A stretch of 63,582 bases of DNA, filler included, from Reticulomyxa filosa (GCA_000512085.1; 22 parts of 22 records of this genome joined end to end with filler, not necessarily neighbours in it); one strand, 5' to 3'; positions 1 through 14,110 are shown, counted from the whole stretch's first letter. Program-made: numbers and translations. Notes: generated from the letters alone by a model not told the origin.

Positions 1-35
1 TTTTTTAAAAAAAAAAAAATGTTGACCATGATCAG

Positions 36-3000
36 GGATACTGAAAAGTCCATTGGATGTTTCAGAACAACAATTGGAAAGCTCAATGATCAAGAAACAC
101 TTGGACCAGGAAATACAAGAACGAAAGGATAACAATGGGTTAAGTCCGATTGAAGTGTTGAATCCCAACGATGCCGCAGATTCTGTTTCGGCTGAGTCCA
201 TCCCGAATGTATGGTGTGCTCTTTCTCTTCTTCGGTTTCTGTGTATGTACGTGCGTGCTCCCACCCAACATGTTCAAATTGTTCGACGGTACGCACGCCG
301 TCTATCTCAATGTCTCCTTTACAAACAAGTTACAACCAACCGACAACAAATTGCCAGGAATTTGTTTTCCCAAGGCCTGTCGTAGAACATCTCGGCAAAC
401 AAGAACTTGGAAAACGAACGGAAGATGTGAAGAGGCGTCTCTCGGTACGACGAGACAGAGACGAATTGGAGCAAAGAGGTGTTTTACCCAAAAACTACTT
501 AAATAAGGTGTGCATTTTTATTATAAAGAAATACATAAACAAATGAATACATTTATTTATTTATTTGTTTATTTTTTTGTGGATTATTGTCATTTTTATT
601 TATTAAAATATATATATGTTTATATATAGCTTTATGGCGGAGAATCACCAGCAGAGGATGAATCGGCAAAGAAAACTCAAAAAAGAAAAGCGAGAATGTC
701 GTTGCAACTGCATTTGAAACAAAGACCTTCGCTGACGGAAATTCAGCAGCGTGGCATTGGACATCCAGTGTATTGGCAACACGAAGACCCAGTTTACCTT
801 CATTCTACATACACACCTTACAAAAAAAATAGAGTGTGCATACCAAATTAACTTTTTTTATTCGATAAAATTCATTTAATATATACATATATGTACATAT
901 AACATATATGTACACATATAAATTCATATACAAATACATTGTGTGCACAATAGGAACAAGCGCACAAAGAACTTCAGTTGCAAATGAAGAACACGGAGCA
1001 ACATTTGAGTTCGCTTTTGCAGCAGCGAAGCAATCCAGAGGATATGCTTTATCGAGGCATAGTACCGAACTCGGATATTTTTCGAAGATCGAGACACGGT
1101 GGAGTCATCGAAAAAGAACGGCATGGAGCATAAAAAGAAGCGATTGGAAGGACATTTGGTCATCAAGAAAGAGGCTCAGCAAACGCAACCCACACCAGAC
1201 TCCAAGCAGACAGCAGAGTCTCAAGAGCCCAAAGCAGACCCTCAATCTTCGAGTTCAACTTCCAATTCTAATTCTAATTCCAATTCCAATTCCAATCCCA
1301 ATTCCAATCCCATGGCCGTAGGGGACAATCAAGAGTTTTTCCAGCATTTGAAAAGCATTGCCTCCCGTCATCGTCGTTTGTCCAGCGCGGCGGACGAGTT
1401 GCGACGTGAGCTACCCTTTATCGACGAGTACGGCAAGAACGTGGCCACGGCGGTGTTTGAAGGCATGGAGGAGATGTATCCGGACATTCGCTTTGTTCGC
1501 GATGCCAAGTCGTCTGACTCTCAGAACGAAATGAACGACGGCCGAAGGAACTCGATCGAACTTGCTGGCAACGGTGATCAGTATTCGTCGCAAGAGCTTG
1601 CAACAAAGAAAGAGAAAGACGAAGCAGAAGCAACAGCAAAGCAGCCAGGATTGCCACGAAGACGATCGTCATTGGCACAGTCATTGATTCCTCAGGCAGA
1701 GGCATTGGAAGTACGAATTCAACGGAGAAACGAGGACCTATCTCAAGGCGATTGGAGTCCTCTGACGGCGGACACCTCTTTCAAACACGACGTGGCGCCG
1801 TCGATTACGTCCGCGGCCAAATCCGTCAGTCGCAAACGCATGAGCTTCAAACTGAACCAAGCCTTGGCCGGACGAAGGGACTACCAGCAGTTAGTGGATG
1901 ATCGCATCGCTCTGACCGAACGCATGGCTCCGACCTTGCATCCCGTTGCCTATGACCTGGAACAGAGGCTCAAAGAAAGAGTCACCGAACACTACTTGCA
2001 AATCAAAGGCGTTCTGCCCGCTCGCTTGGAATTGGACAACGCCTTGCAAGGGGTCGCCGGCAACTTGCAAAAGCAGTTGGAACGACGTCCCTCGCTTTTG
2101 GAAAACCCCGAGTTCTTTCGGAAAATCATCCAAGATGTCGACATTGACTCCATTCGACCGGCCGCCTTGCCGGATCTCAACAATGACGTGGACGAAGACG
2201 AGGACGTTGACTCCGACACGGAAGTGCGTCGAGGACCGAACACTGACAGCGGAGCCAATCGAAGAGAAACAGCGACTCTGCTGGGAAAACGATTGTCGTT
2301 GCGACCGACGCCTCAAGAACTGAAACAACGCAATGTCATCCCCGTCGATGGAAACTACTTTGACGACTCGTCCGCCTCCGTCGGACTGAAGCAGCGGCGA
2401 ATACAGTCGACCAAAACGGACCTCAAGCGACGAATGGTGAATCGTCCGCCTGCCAACGAGCTGGTTCAACGCGGACTGACGCGAGAGGAGTACTTGCAAA
2501 TGGACAAGCAGCAGGCGGATGAAGCCGTGAAAGGGTCCCGTCAGCAAGCCATCAATGGACTGGCTAAAAAATTGAATGAATTGTATAACCCGTTCCAGCA
2601 ATTGGAAGCTAGAGGAGTAGTACCACATGGTTATTTCGAACAAAAAGTTGAGCATATACATATATATGTGTATATACATATGTATATTATTTATTATATG
2701 TAATATTAATTATACTTTTTTTTTTTTTTTTTTTTTTTTAATGATAATGATATTGATGTAGGCAAAGGAAATAGGCTCTGGTCATCGAAGTGAAGAAAGC
2801 GTCGTGCTTGAACTGCATCAACAGTTTTTAGAGAATCCCAACTACGTCGAAGTGGTTGCGGAAGGGCTTGTGACGGATTTGCATCTGATGGAAGCGGAGG
2901 ACACGTCCGTGGCGGATCCCAGCGAGGGATGGGAGCGCGCCGATTACGACGAGCAGACGACGGATGAGTCCGCAGAAGACTCGGACGAGGAGCAGCGCAA

Positions 3001-3539
3001 ACGGTTGGAAGAATTGGAGGCCCGCATTTCACGGCGTCCGGACCAACAATTGCTGATGCAAAAGAGCATTTTGTATTCTGCAGAAATGGCTCCCGCCATC
3101 CAAAGCAATGCCAAAAAACTTCAGCAAGAATTGCAGCGTCGAAAGTCCATTGACGATGTCAAAGCGCTTGGCATCCTGCATTCCGATGATGGTGATGTCC
3201 TTCCCGACCAGTCCTCTTCCATAACGGAACAACAATTGATGCAGACGGCCGATCTTGGACAAGAAAGTCGTCGCAGTCCTCGAAAGCAGCAAGTGCGGGA
3301 CAATTTGCAGCATCAGTTGAATCGCGAAAGACGTCCGACGATGATGGACTTGGAACTTCGGGGCATCGTGCCTGCTGGATATTTCTCCAATGCTGAGCAG
3401 GCCATTGCTTCGCAGAGACGAAATAAGAAATCCATCATTACAGATTTGTCTTCATTGTTGTCACAAAGGCCGGAATATTCTATCATCGCTGCAAAAGGCC
3501 TTTTAGAAAAAGCTTTGGTAGGTGTTTTGTTTTGTTTCG

Positions 3540-3570
<31 letters not shown>

Positions 3571-6500
3571 AAAGGGAGGAGGAGGGTGGGTGAAAAAAAA
3601 AAATTCATTATACGTACGTATACAAACACGTATATGTATATAGGAACGACATAGCGCAAAGAAATCAACAGAACGACAAAATCAATACAATCCAAACACT
3701 GGCGATGAAGAACTGTCTCCACTTACCCCGGATAATCAAGCAGAAACGGTGAAATCGGCACTGGAGCAAAAGTTGGACCGAGAACGACGACCGAGCTATG
3801 TGGACTTGCAGAAAAAGAACATATTGAAGAAATCATTCAATCCAAATGTGGATGCCATGGCCAATGCCTCGGCCAAAGCGGAATTGGAAAGACATGCGTT
3901 GGAGCAAAACCTGAAATACCAATTGGCCTCGCGAAGAGATCCCGAAGATATGGTCGATTCGGGCTATTTGTATTACCCAGTAAACGCCGAACACGCCATT
4001 TCGCCGCGATATCATGGTGTGGCGCATCATTTGGAAGACGATTTGAAAGAAAGGCCTCCGCAAGAGTTTTTAGTTCGAAAAGGGATCATTCAACACGAAG
4101 TGGAAGATCAGTCGTTGGACCAGTCGTTCATTCGCGAAAAATTGGGTCGTCGATTGTCGATGCGACCTTCGAAAGTGGATTTGACATCGAGAGGCTTGAT
4201 CCCATCCGAGTATGTCCAGCACGACGCGTCCGTCGCCCAGCAGCAACAAAAACTGATCCAACAAAAAACGAGACAAACACTCAATAAAAAATTGGACATG
4301 GCCCATCGTCCCACTTTGGATTTATTGGAACGTTCTGGGATTGTGCCCAATGGCGCTTTTGACAACGTCGAACAAGCCACGGAAAAGAAACGCATGCGAA
4401 GACAATCCATTACCAATGAACTGAACATTGTCATTCCAAAACCGCCCGACAACAGAGGACATGGTCGAAATGAACCTGTTGCCGAAACAGACAGAGATCA
4501 AGTCGAACCATGACAATGTCCATCACGAAGCTGATGACAACGACGACGGACATGAACCTTATGTATATATTCTATTACCAAACATAAATCTATTTCACAT
4601 ACAATCCCAAACAATTTTCAAACAATTTTGCTTTTGTTTGTTTTTTTTTTTTTTTTACTTTTGTCGCTGCAAGCTGCCCAAACAAATTACTCCATTTGCC
4701 TCTCCATTCTCTCGACAGTCTCTTCGTGATACACCAAATAACAATTTCGCGGCCGACAAACAACCCGCTTCAAATGACAATACCACACGACAACAGCAAC
4801 AACAACAACAACAACAACAGCAGACGCAGAAACCACCCGCTCGTCGCTTCACGTATCAAATCAAACCGCCAAAGACACGAGAGCTACCTGAGCTAATCCA
4901 TGAAGATATCCACGAACCCGTGGTCGAAGTGGACGTATTGGCACCCGATCCGGAACTGAACGACAATATTATCCAATCCTCGCCATTGGCATTTATTAAT
5001 GTTTCAGAAGCACTCCGAAAAATTGGAGAAGACCATCTGAATCTTGCCAACCATTACGTAGAAAAAATGAAAGACCATGCAAAAGTTTACAATCTTTTTC
5101 TTTCACCAACAACAATAAATAAAAACAAAAACAAAACATATTATTAAATAACAACATTAAATTAAAAAAAAAAAAAAAAAAATTTGTAGCATGTAACCGA
5201 AATCAAAGCATTGTTCCAAAAGATCGATAAAAATGGATTGGCAAATATGGATGCCGATTTTGAGTCGTCTGGGAATGTCGAACAAGATGTAGAGTATTTG
5301 AAAAACGAAGTGATACGACTACAGACGCACTTGTACAAATTGGACGATGAGTACCGGCCGATACATTCAAAGCTACGAGAAATCAACACAATGGAAAACA
5401 ATTTGGAACAGTTTCAGGATCGCTATTATTCGTCCATATCGCAATTGCGACGTATCCACTCCCGGATCAACCAATCCTTGCAAGAGCACCAAACACAGCG
5501 AGATAGCGCAATGACCGCCTTGCAAGCCACGGAGATGCAGCAAGCCGTGATGAAGTCCAAAATCAGTGAGAAAATTGCAGAGACGATGATCAAGATCGAC
5601 CATTTGAAGCAGCAATTGTCCGAGACAAAAGAAGGTCGAATTGCAAAGCAGTCATACGTGACATCGTTGACAGGCTTATACACGAGCTATTTTTCGACCA
5701 CCGAAGATGAAAAAAAATTTGATCAAGATCACAAATCGGCAGAGGAATTGGACTTGGAAGAAGAATTGGCCATGTGCAACAACTTTTTGGTCGGCTTAAA
5801 TGACTTCTTAAAGGGGCTGAAAAAGCTACGAAAAGAACAAAGAAATCGCGTCGCGCATTTGGATCAAGTCATCACCGAATTGCATAATCAAAGAGCCAGT
5901 GTCGCCGAAAAAATTTGGACATCCGAAAATGAGGCCATTGAAAAATTAAGATTTATTCGTCATCATTTTATCAATTCAAGCAAAGAACAATCCAATGCAA
6001 GTCATTCAGATGAACAAAACGTTGATTTTCAGTTTCCTGTTTTTGTTCATTTATATACATACATATACATATATGGATAATATGTATGTATATGTACATA
6101 TATATATTTTTTTTCTTAATCCTTAAAAAGTTTATTAAAAAAAAAAGAGAGGAAGAAGAGAAAAATGAATTTAGGTACATCTGCCTTCACTACCGATGGA
6201 AGATGTGGTGCGAAAAAGAGTGAATCGAATGAATCGTGTGTATAAAAAGCTGCGGGATGTAGAGAACAGGGCGATGACTACAGGCAGTCGGGATTACTTG
6301 CACGGGTTAATTGAAATCCGTGAACTGCAAATGATCATGTCTAATCCTCTTTTGAAGTACTTTTTCACTTCGTTTGTTAGCAGAAGTAACCAGCTGTTCC
6401 ATGATTTCCAATTGGCGTCGGTTGCAATGTTGGAACAAACTGCCAGTTTTATTTTGCTTTCTTATTTTACATATATACATTACATATATGTATTCTATGT

Positions 6501-7046
6501 GTTCTCTTGTCTTCCTAGCAATAATAGTTGTAATAATAATAACACTAAACTTTGCGACATATCCAAACTGAACGGAAATATACAGCCCCGGATGATCCAA
6601 CCATCCTTCAGCTGACTGGCGTGCAGACATTGTTGCAAATACTCGAGCGAAACAAACGTACAATAAATTTGGAAAATGATATTGAGGAGGTAATGAAGTT
6701 TGTGGAATCTATGCCCGACCGCGAAATTGTGATTATGCAAGTGGCACGACACTTGGCTTTGGCGGCACCCTACAAACATGTCATCACTGGTAAACAGCGC
6801 CCACAAAACACGGCGTCGTTCGCAGAAAATGACAGCCGTGATCCCAACAATCCATATGTAATTATAGATTGTCTTGTATCGAAATTGTTGGAAGAATGGG
6901 TTGGTTCCATTTGTAATGTTTTTGGTAAAAGCGCAATGACAAGTGTACGAGCGGCCCTTGACGATGATGTTCTTGCACAAGTGAGACCTTCTAATGCAGC
7001 GCAACTTATTGTCAGCTGTGTCTGGGGCTTGGATGCTTCTTTTTAA
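36..7046 (+). CDS. Giant multi-RPEL-repeat protein with a C-terminal coiled-coil/helical region (5'-partial, about 10 exons, two apparent +1 frameshifts)
   Basis: GT-AG splicing joins the ORFs in phase (introns ~209-357, 508-629, 792-953, 2647-2761, 3518-3643, 4563-4673, 5085-5189, ~6039-6174, ~6446-6585). About 20 L-x3-L-x2-RP-x3-(E/D)L-x2-(R/K)(G/N)(I/V)(L/I) motifs occur, e.g. LGKRLSLRPTPQELKQRNVIP, LGRRLSMRPSKVDLTSRGLIP, RRPSYVDLQKKNILK. Frame breaks at ~1080 and ~4437. Confidence 0.85.
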
Positions 7047-7619
7047 GCTTTATTATTGAAGAGAAGAGTTGTAAATTTTTTTTTTTCTCATTTTTGTTAA
7101 TCACACTCCTTTGAGGTGATTTGTGTGATGCATTTTGGATTGTGCGACAATTTGTAATAATAATTCAAAAATAAAATAAAAAAGTTTTGTCCGTTTGTTT
7201 TTTGTTTTTTCTTCAACTGCGTTTTTTGAGAGCTTTTTGTTCTTGTGACTTGTGTGAAAAAACGATGTAAGCGTCAGATAAGCCAGCCAAAAAAATTGGG
7301 TGAAACTTTTGACATAAGTGCAAAAGTGTTTCCAAAATTTCGTTGTTTTTTCAAGACTCAAATTTTTTAGAATTTATAATTTTTAAAAAGTTATTTTGTT
7401 GCCATCTATTGTTACAAAAATGGCATGAAAAATTATCAGTCTGTTTTCAAAAAAGAAAGATATGAAATGATGAAAGCACATCACTTTTCAAAACCTGGAA
7501 TAAAAAATTATAGTCTATTTTTTTACGTCATTGAAATATTAAAACGAATGAATGACCAGTAGTGGACGGAATTAATTTCCTTTGTCTTATAAATATTTTT
7601 TAAAATACGTTTTTAAAAT

Positions 7620-8997
7620 ATGACGCTGGTTAGACCAGGTACAAGTGCAGAATGGAAAGAGAGGCAAATACAAAGCTATGACAAAAAAGAACATATTGTT
7701 GTTACTCCAAGCGCAACTGTAATACTACGAAACCCTAGCACTAATTGTGAAACTGCGAAAAAGCAGCTGCTCGGGTCGCCTCATGAACAACAGACATCGC
7801 CGTTAGAGCAATGGATCGTACAAGAACAAGATTCGAAAGGGAGTGAGGAGTTGTTATCACGCTTATATAATTATATGAAGATATCAGAAATGGACCGATA
7901 CGGAATAACAGTGTTTCAAAGTGTTCTTGAGTCTTATTTGCCAGTATTGACAGAAATGGACATTATCACGTTGGTAACCAGTTATTGGTGCAGTGGAAGT
8001 CATTTTGCAGTTTGTGCAAAAAATCTAAGAGTTGTCCAATTAAATAACAGATTGTGTTGTGTGTTTTAACGGTGAAAAAATAGTGTATCATAAGATGTCG
8101 TGGCAAATTGATTAAGGATGGTGAAGTGCTAAAATTAGAGGTTTCGAATAGTTTGTTAGATGCAGCAATCAATGGAGGTTCAGGAGTCACAAAAATGAAG
8201 GAAATGCTGAAACAAAGACGCATAGACAATAGTCACATGCCCACAGTGACGTGGATAGAACAAAACAAAGATTTTTTCATTCGAAACTGTCAACAACGTT
8301 TCTGGAACCATGAAGTACTTGTCAAAGCATTTTTGGAAAGTGGATGGCTAAGTACGGATTTAGCACAAGTTACTAATCCAAAAAAAAAAAAAAAGAAAAT
8401 GTAACAAAATCTGAGAAATAAATCAAAAGATTGCATTTAATCGGTTTTCGACATGTATCTATGACCGTTGCATGAAAGCGTCATCGACTCAAACTTCCTC
8501 ACACATCAATAATGGATTGTACTGGCTCACATTGTGCCAAGATTTCGATGATACTGGACATAACACGCACAGTAATAATTCAAAGTGTGTATTAGCCAAG
8601 AACATTCCAATAACCAAACAACCTGTACGTGATTCCATTCAAACACGTTCCTCAAAATGTCTGCTCCCAATCAATATTAAAACACTGCATCGATGGGCGC
8701 AAATTGTCGAGATATTAGCCTCACGCGGTGCCAAATGTAATAAACAATTCAGTTTGCCAGTTCTTCGGCAATCCGTTTTTGAAGGCACCAACACATGGAA
8801 TTTTATCATTTCAAGTGTTGGTATGTAGTATTTATTCATTTGCGTCCCATCTTTCATTTTTTTTAATATATAAAAAACTAAAACTTGTTTAAAATTCAAA
8901 ACAACATTTTATAGAAGAAAAAAATGAATTACTCGAGTGTGCATGCGGGCTGATCGTCCCATCTGAACTGTGGAAGATTGTCGTTTCGTTTTTTTAA
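7620..8997 (+). CDS. Hypothetical protein (4 exons) ending in an F-box-like VPSELWKIVVSFF motif
   Basis: ORFs 7620, 8108 and 8472 join in phase through GT-AG introns. The final exon encodes ...NELLECACGLIVPSELWKIVVSFF* with the stop at 8995-8997. Confidence 0.6.
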
Positions 8998-10125
8998 TTT
9001 AAAAAAGCAATGCTATACTTAATGTTAGTTTTATTTAATATTCTTAAGTTTCAAGTTCGTCGTTTTCTTTGTTAAAAATCTTGAATTTTTTTCTTCGAAG
9101 CAATACAAAAAGTTAACGTTCAGTGAAATAATTTCCTTTTATTTCAGTTGTGTTTTACTCAGCGCAATTTAATCGCTGTTAAACAAAGTTTTTTAGTGAA
9201 GAAGGGGTTCCATTAGAGTGAACCACTTGAGCTTACCACTGCTGTACAGCTTTATCCCACCATCTTTTACACAATTTCGTTTAATCATATGCAATTCTTC
9301 TTATTTGATCAAATATACCAAAAATGAACAGTTGTATCATATAATCAAAATAATATTGTGATTTTATCACCAACAATTACTAATTTATTTAAAAAAACTT
9401 TGTGCTCATAATCAAATTTTCGTTTGAAATCATATCATAGTTTGTATGTTGTATCACTCGATCAAACAACAATTTCATCTGATTAAACGGAGTCATGTAA
9501 AAGATGACAGAATAAGATGTCTCAAATTTGTATCATTATGAAATAATAATTAACGTTTGAATAATTTATTTTTTGTTTTTCTAAATAATATAACTACCAA
9601 ATAATAGTGTAGTTATCTGTTGTAAAACTATTTTGATAATTTGATATTACTGACACTACCTAAGATAAAAGAAGTATTATTGTCTTGATTTTTTTTGAGG
9701 AAACCTATTACACTGCCCAGTTGAATCTATACAAACTAATGATTTTGTTTTAAAAGTAGTGTGCGTCCATTTTTTTGAATGAAAATTGGTGGTGTTTTTG
9801 TTACAACTAGTAACAATTTTTAGTGAGAGCTGTTATTTCTAGTATCACTTATGAGTAGACAAATTTGACTTCAAATCTCACAACAAAAGTTTTAGTTTAA
9901 TGCGGTCTTACGAAATATCGCAATATATTTTTTTGTTTTTCGGTCAAAGTCATTGATGTTCGAGTTTGAAAATCGAAAAAGTTGGTGATCACTCTTTAAT
10001 AGCCCGAAATTCGGGCAAACTGAAATCAAAACGAAAGTTTAAAGATCATTTAACACAAAATGTAATTTTATAATATTTTTGCACCAACTAATTCAATTGA
10101 ACCTTATATATTTTTACTTAAACGT

Positions 10126-11419
10126 TTACGTTTTCTTGCTTGGTTTTCGGCCAATGATTAAAAACATAGGAGTGAATATTCCCAACTGCCCAGAGGCTAC
10201 CAAACCATCTCTTCCCTCCAACAATATCTCATGAGCACGGGTAGTGCCTTTTGGAGCCATTCCAATTTTTTCCATTACACTGCACAAAGTATGAGTAACT
10301 ACAGTGGCTATATATGATTGTGGCAAGTTTTCTACACTGCACTTGGCTTCCAAAGTACCATACCATGGCAATTGTCCGTTGTCAGTGGCATACTTGTGTA
10401 CATCGACAGCTGACAATACCTCTGTAATGATTTGTCAAAAAAAAAAATCATTTATTTGTTATAACGTATACTTTTTTTAAATTTTTTTTGTTTACCAAAG
10501 CCAACGTTTTTAAAAGCCTCCACAGCTCTGTTAGCGGTAATAATTTGTGGCAAGGCGTTTCCTTTTTCGACTTGTTGTCTGGCCTTTTTGTGTTTTGAAT
10601 TTTCGTCATCGTACTTGTCCGTCAACACCCATTCGTACGAGGCAAACAAACCACCTGGTTTCAATACACGGAAAACTTGAGAAAACACATCTTCTCGATT
10701 TCCTGCATGACAAGTGGCCTCCACCGCAAAGGCTTTATCAAAGGTGTTATCATTAAATTTCATATCCAAGAAATTCATCACGCGCGATTCACACAGTTTT
10801 TCCAATCCGGCTTTGCGAGTGATTTCTGTTCCTCGTTTCACTTGATACCTTTTTTTTATTGTCAATATTCGATTGTTACTACCAAAAAAGGAAAGCAATC
10901 AATATACAAACAAAACTCATTGATCGTGATCCCACATATTTTTGCACTGGAAAATTGGGCAATGTTTCGCATTGGCCCACCAATTCCACAGCCAACATCC
11001 AACACGTAATCATTTTCGTTCAGATCCAATTTGGCTGCAATGTAGTGCTCATGACGAACAATCGATTCTCGAAATGTTTCAAATCGTCCTCGAGGAGCAA
11101 AATGAAACGATTGCCCCCAACCATTTTCATAAAAGTCGGTCACCAAGTCGTAAAATGTGTCCACCATGGCAGCCGCATTTTTTTTTCTGTTTTCAGCTCC
11201 TTTGTCTCGGTCTGCATACATGTCATGGAAGTACTCAGCCTCTTCCGAGGTTGATTTACCGTCTCGTGAATGTTTCACCTGGTCGTTACCAATGCCAAGA
11301 TTGCGAGTCACTTGAGTCCACTATTTGAACCATTTTTTTTTTAACAACACTGTTTTGAAAAACACAAAAGTTAAGCAATTACTCACCAAGCCAAAAGCAT
11401 TTCCGTCAGTTTTGGACAT
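10126..11419 (-). CDS. SMT1: Sterol 24-C-methyltransferase (SAM-dependent), 4 exons
   Basis: Diagnostic SMT motifs YENGWGQSFHF, VLDVGCGIGGP, AVEATCHAG, VFRVLKPGG and C-terminal LGIFTPMFL. Short first exon MSKTDGNAFGL with a GTGAGT donor. Confidence 0.93.
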
Positions 11420-12962
11420 GATTGTTTATGTTTTGACAAAGAAGAGACTATTTAATAATGTAGAGAGCAAAGCTTGCAAAAATACTTTTTTAACCTAGGG
11501 ACTAAGTTTTACGTTCGTACTAGCTTTGTGATTAAATATAACAAAAGTGATTGAGAGATGATGATTTGTATCTTTGCATAATGTTGTAATCACAAAAAAA
11601 GGATTATATAATATTTGTGTAATGATATAAGCAAAAAAAAATATGTGTTACTTCTTAAAACGTTTTCTCATTAGGAATTGTTGCATTGAAGAAATTAAAT
11701 TATACCAAGTGCAAGATACTACATTTTAACTGTAACTTGAATCAATAAGACATGTTCGTAAATGTCTTTGTTCTCTCATTAGTACTAAAGTCACAAGAGT
11801 GATAAACATGAGTATTTTTTTTTATTCTATTTTGTTAAATTAAACAATAAGGAAAAATATCGAAACGAAAGACATCTTTTCTGGCATTGCTTTTTTTTAT
11901 TAAAATACTGAAAATTGTACGTATACTATGATTAGATTGTGTAGTATTCACGATAGTCGTAATAAGCAGTTCTCGCAAAACCCAAGTGAACTTTGGAACC
12001 CTTTATTCTAACAATACAGTACCCACTTTCACGACTTGTCTTTCCTCTTTCACTTGCTGAATCTTGTTATTTGTTTTGCAAGACAGTTTGAGGAAAAGAT
12101 TCAATAAATTACTTTAAACTTTGTTGTTTGTCGTCAAAAGACAAACGTTATATACGAGCATAAAAAAAAATGGAACTAAACATATTACTTTAGTTAATTA
12201 TTTGATAAAATAACTAAATAACACAACAACTGGATCACTTAACAATTAATTTATTTTAAAAATCTATTTTATGTTGCTTGAAGAAAAACTGGATCATTTT
12301 AAAAAAACAGGCTAAAAAAATCAAAAATGACCCACAATTTTAAAAAATGAGCAACAATCACAAAACGGCAAATATCAAACATTTGACACAAACATAATTG
12401 TTACTTCACGAGTATAAGCAATTGTATCTCTTTCTGCGAATTCTCTTACCCTTACTTGTTTGGGTATTGTCACTTCGTTCGCATCCGCTTCTTTTGTTTT
12501 CACAATTAAATTTTACAATTGATTTAATATATGGATTTGATCAACTTTTGCAAGCTACTTCTTTTTTAAAAATGCATATGTAGGTGTGAAAAGAGAATAG
12601 TGAAGGAAACAAAAAAATATATGGCAAATGAACGGAATTGCAATTTTTTAATCTTCAAACTGACATATGCTCCAAAGTTAGTTATGAGAATTTGAATAAC
12701 AAAAAGACACATTTAGGATATGGAATATTAAGAGTTCAAATGGATCATTTATTAAAATATAATGAACAAATGTGCATCATTGAGACCAAAAAATGTGATA
12801 ATGCCGCTGGAATGAAAACAATCAGTCATATAGTCAACAAAGAGTGAATGTTATTTTAGCCGATGGTAAAAAGAGTTATCAAATCTCAAGATGAAAATCT
12901 CTTTCAATCGACAGCACAATTAATATAATGTATTATTTTCTTAAATCAAATCGGCCAAACAA

Positions 12963-13062
12963 NNNNNNNNNNNNNNNNNNNNNNNNNNNNNNNNNNNNNN
13001 NNNNNNTTAATTAATTAANNNNNNNNNNNNNNNNNNNNNNNNNNNNNNNNNNNNNNNNNNNN
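12963..13062. other. Artificial contig-joining linker N44-TTAATTAATTAA-N44 (first of 21)
   Basis: Identical 100-bp linker with stops in all six frames. It recurs at ~14151, 15536, 17807, 19021, 20421, 21592, 22702, 24501, 28881, 31851, 34771, 37651, 40087, 41769, 45434, 50100, 52219, 53576, 59336 and 60532. Confidence 0.98.
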
Positions 13063-14110
13063 CAGATAATTAAACCAGATGAACAAAAATTTAAAGTTAA
13101 TGAGTAACTCGTTATAAAAAAGAGCACATTAATCAAAACAAAAGAAAGAATCACACAAAATCTTAAAAAGATAAAACTGTACACAAAAAAATAATTGAAG
13201 AAAACATTAATATCCACAATTCTTAATAAAGCAAATATTCTATCAGGAAATGTTCGAATATCTTTTCTTCAAATAGAATGTAATCATGATTATGATATTT
13301 AGATAAGCACTAAATATAACTTTTATTGTAATAAACGCTAGCTAATGCAAATTAATGTAACATAATATATCAAATAATTATATTTCTCCGTTTATTTTCT
13401 TTTGATAGTTGAAATTTTTTCTAAATTTTTCATTCAAATGATTGTTATGTTTGCCCATTTTGCTTTCTTTTTGATTTGACATGTTTGCTTTTTCAATATT
13501 TTCAATTTGTTGCTTTTCTGAGATGCCTTTTCCTTTCGACTTGTCTTCTTGTAAAATCAACTTGTTTTTAACATATTGACATCTGATTTTTGTTTGTTTT
13601 ACTCGTTTTCTTTGTTATTGTTGCTTGCACAAAACCAATGCGCAACTTTTCTTTTCCTTTTTGTTTTCAATGAATGCATATAACATATTGTGATTTCAAT
13701 ATTGATGAATTGCTTTGATATTATGTACTTAATCCATAAGTTCTGCATTGATGTCATCAATATTTTCATCTAATCCAATACCATTAACAACTACTTATTT
13801 CTGCTTGTATTTGTTGTCAAAAATATAACATGTAATATTTATTAAATGTTGGTTCATTTATATTTTCAACAATTTCTTCTAGTGTTTGATTGTTACAGTT
13901 TTAATTGATACATATCAGTAACTTAGTGTTTTTTGTGATTGATAATGAAGTCAAATATTACAATAACTTACGATAATGTTCACCTATTTGTGTTTGCATT
14001 AGATGATATTTTTTATTTTCCAAATTAGAACAATATTTTGAAATTGATTTAATGTATAATTTACTTCCTTTTTGCGATTTGCAATATTTGTTTAGTTTTC
14101 CATTTAAAAC

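Noticed and set aside
10001-10016. Short hairpin GCCCGAA-A-TTCGGGC downstream of the sterol methyltransferase gene
   Set aside because: Single short palindrome with no second copy or supporting context.
13007-13018. TTAATTAATTAA recurring 21 times, superficially a regular repeat or array
   Set aside because: Always centred in identical N padding and encodes stops in all six frames, so it is an artificial concatenation linker.
13063-14110. Lys/Asn-rich short minus-strand ORFs
   Set aside because: Fragmentary with many stops and no recognisable family.
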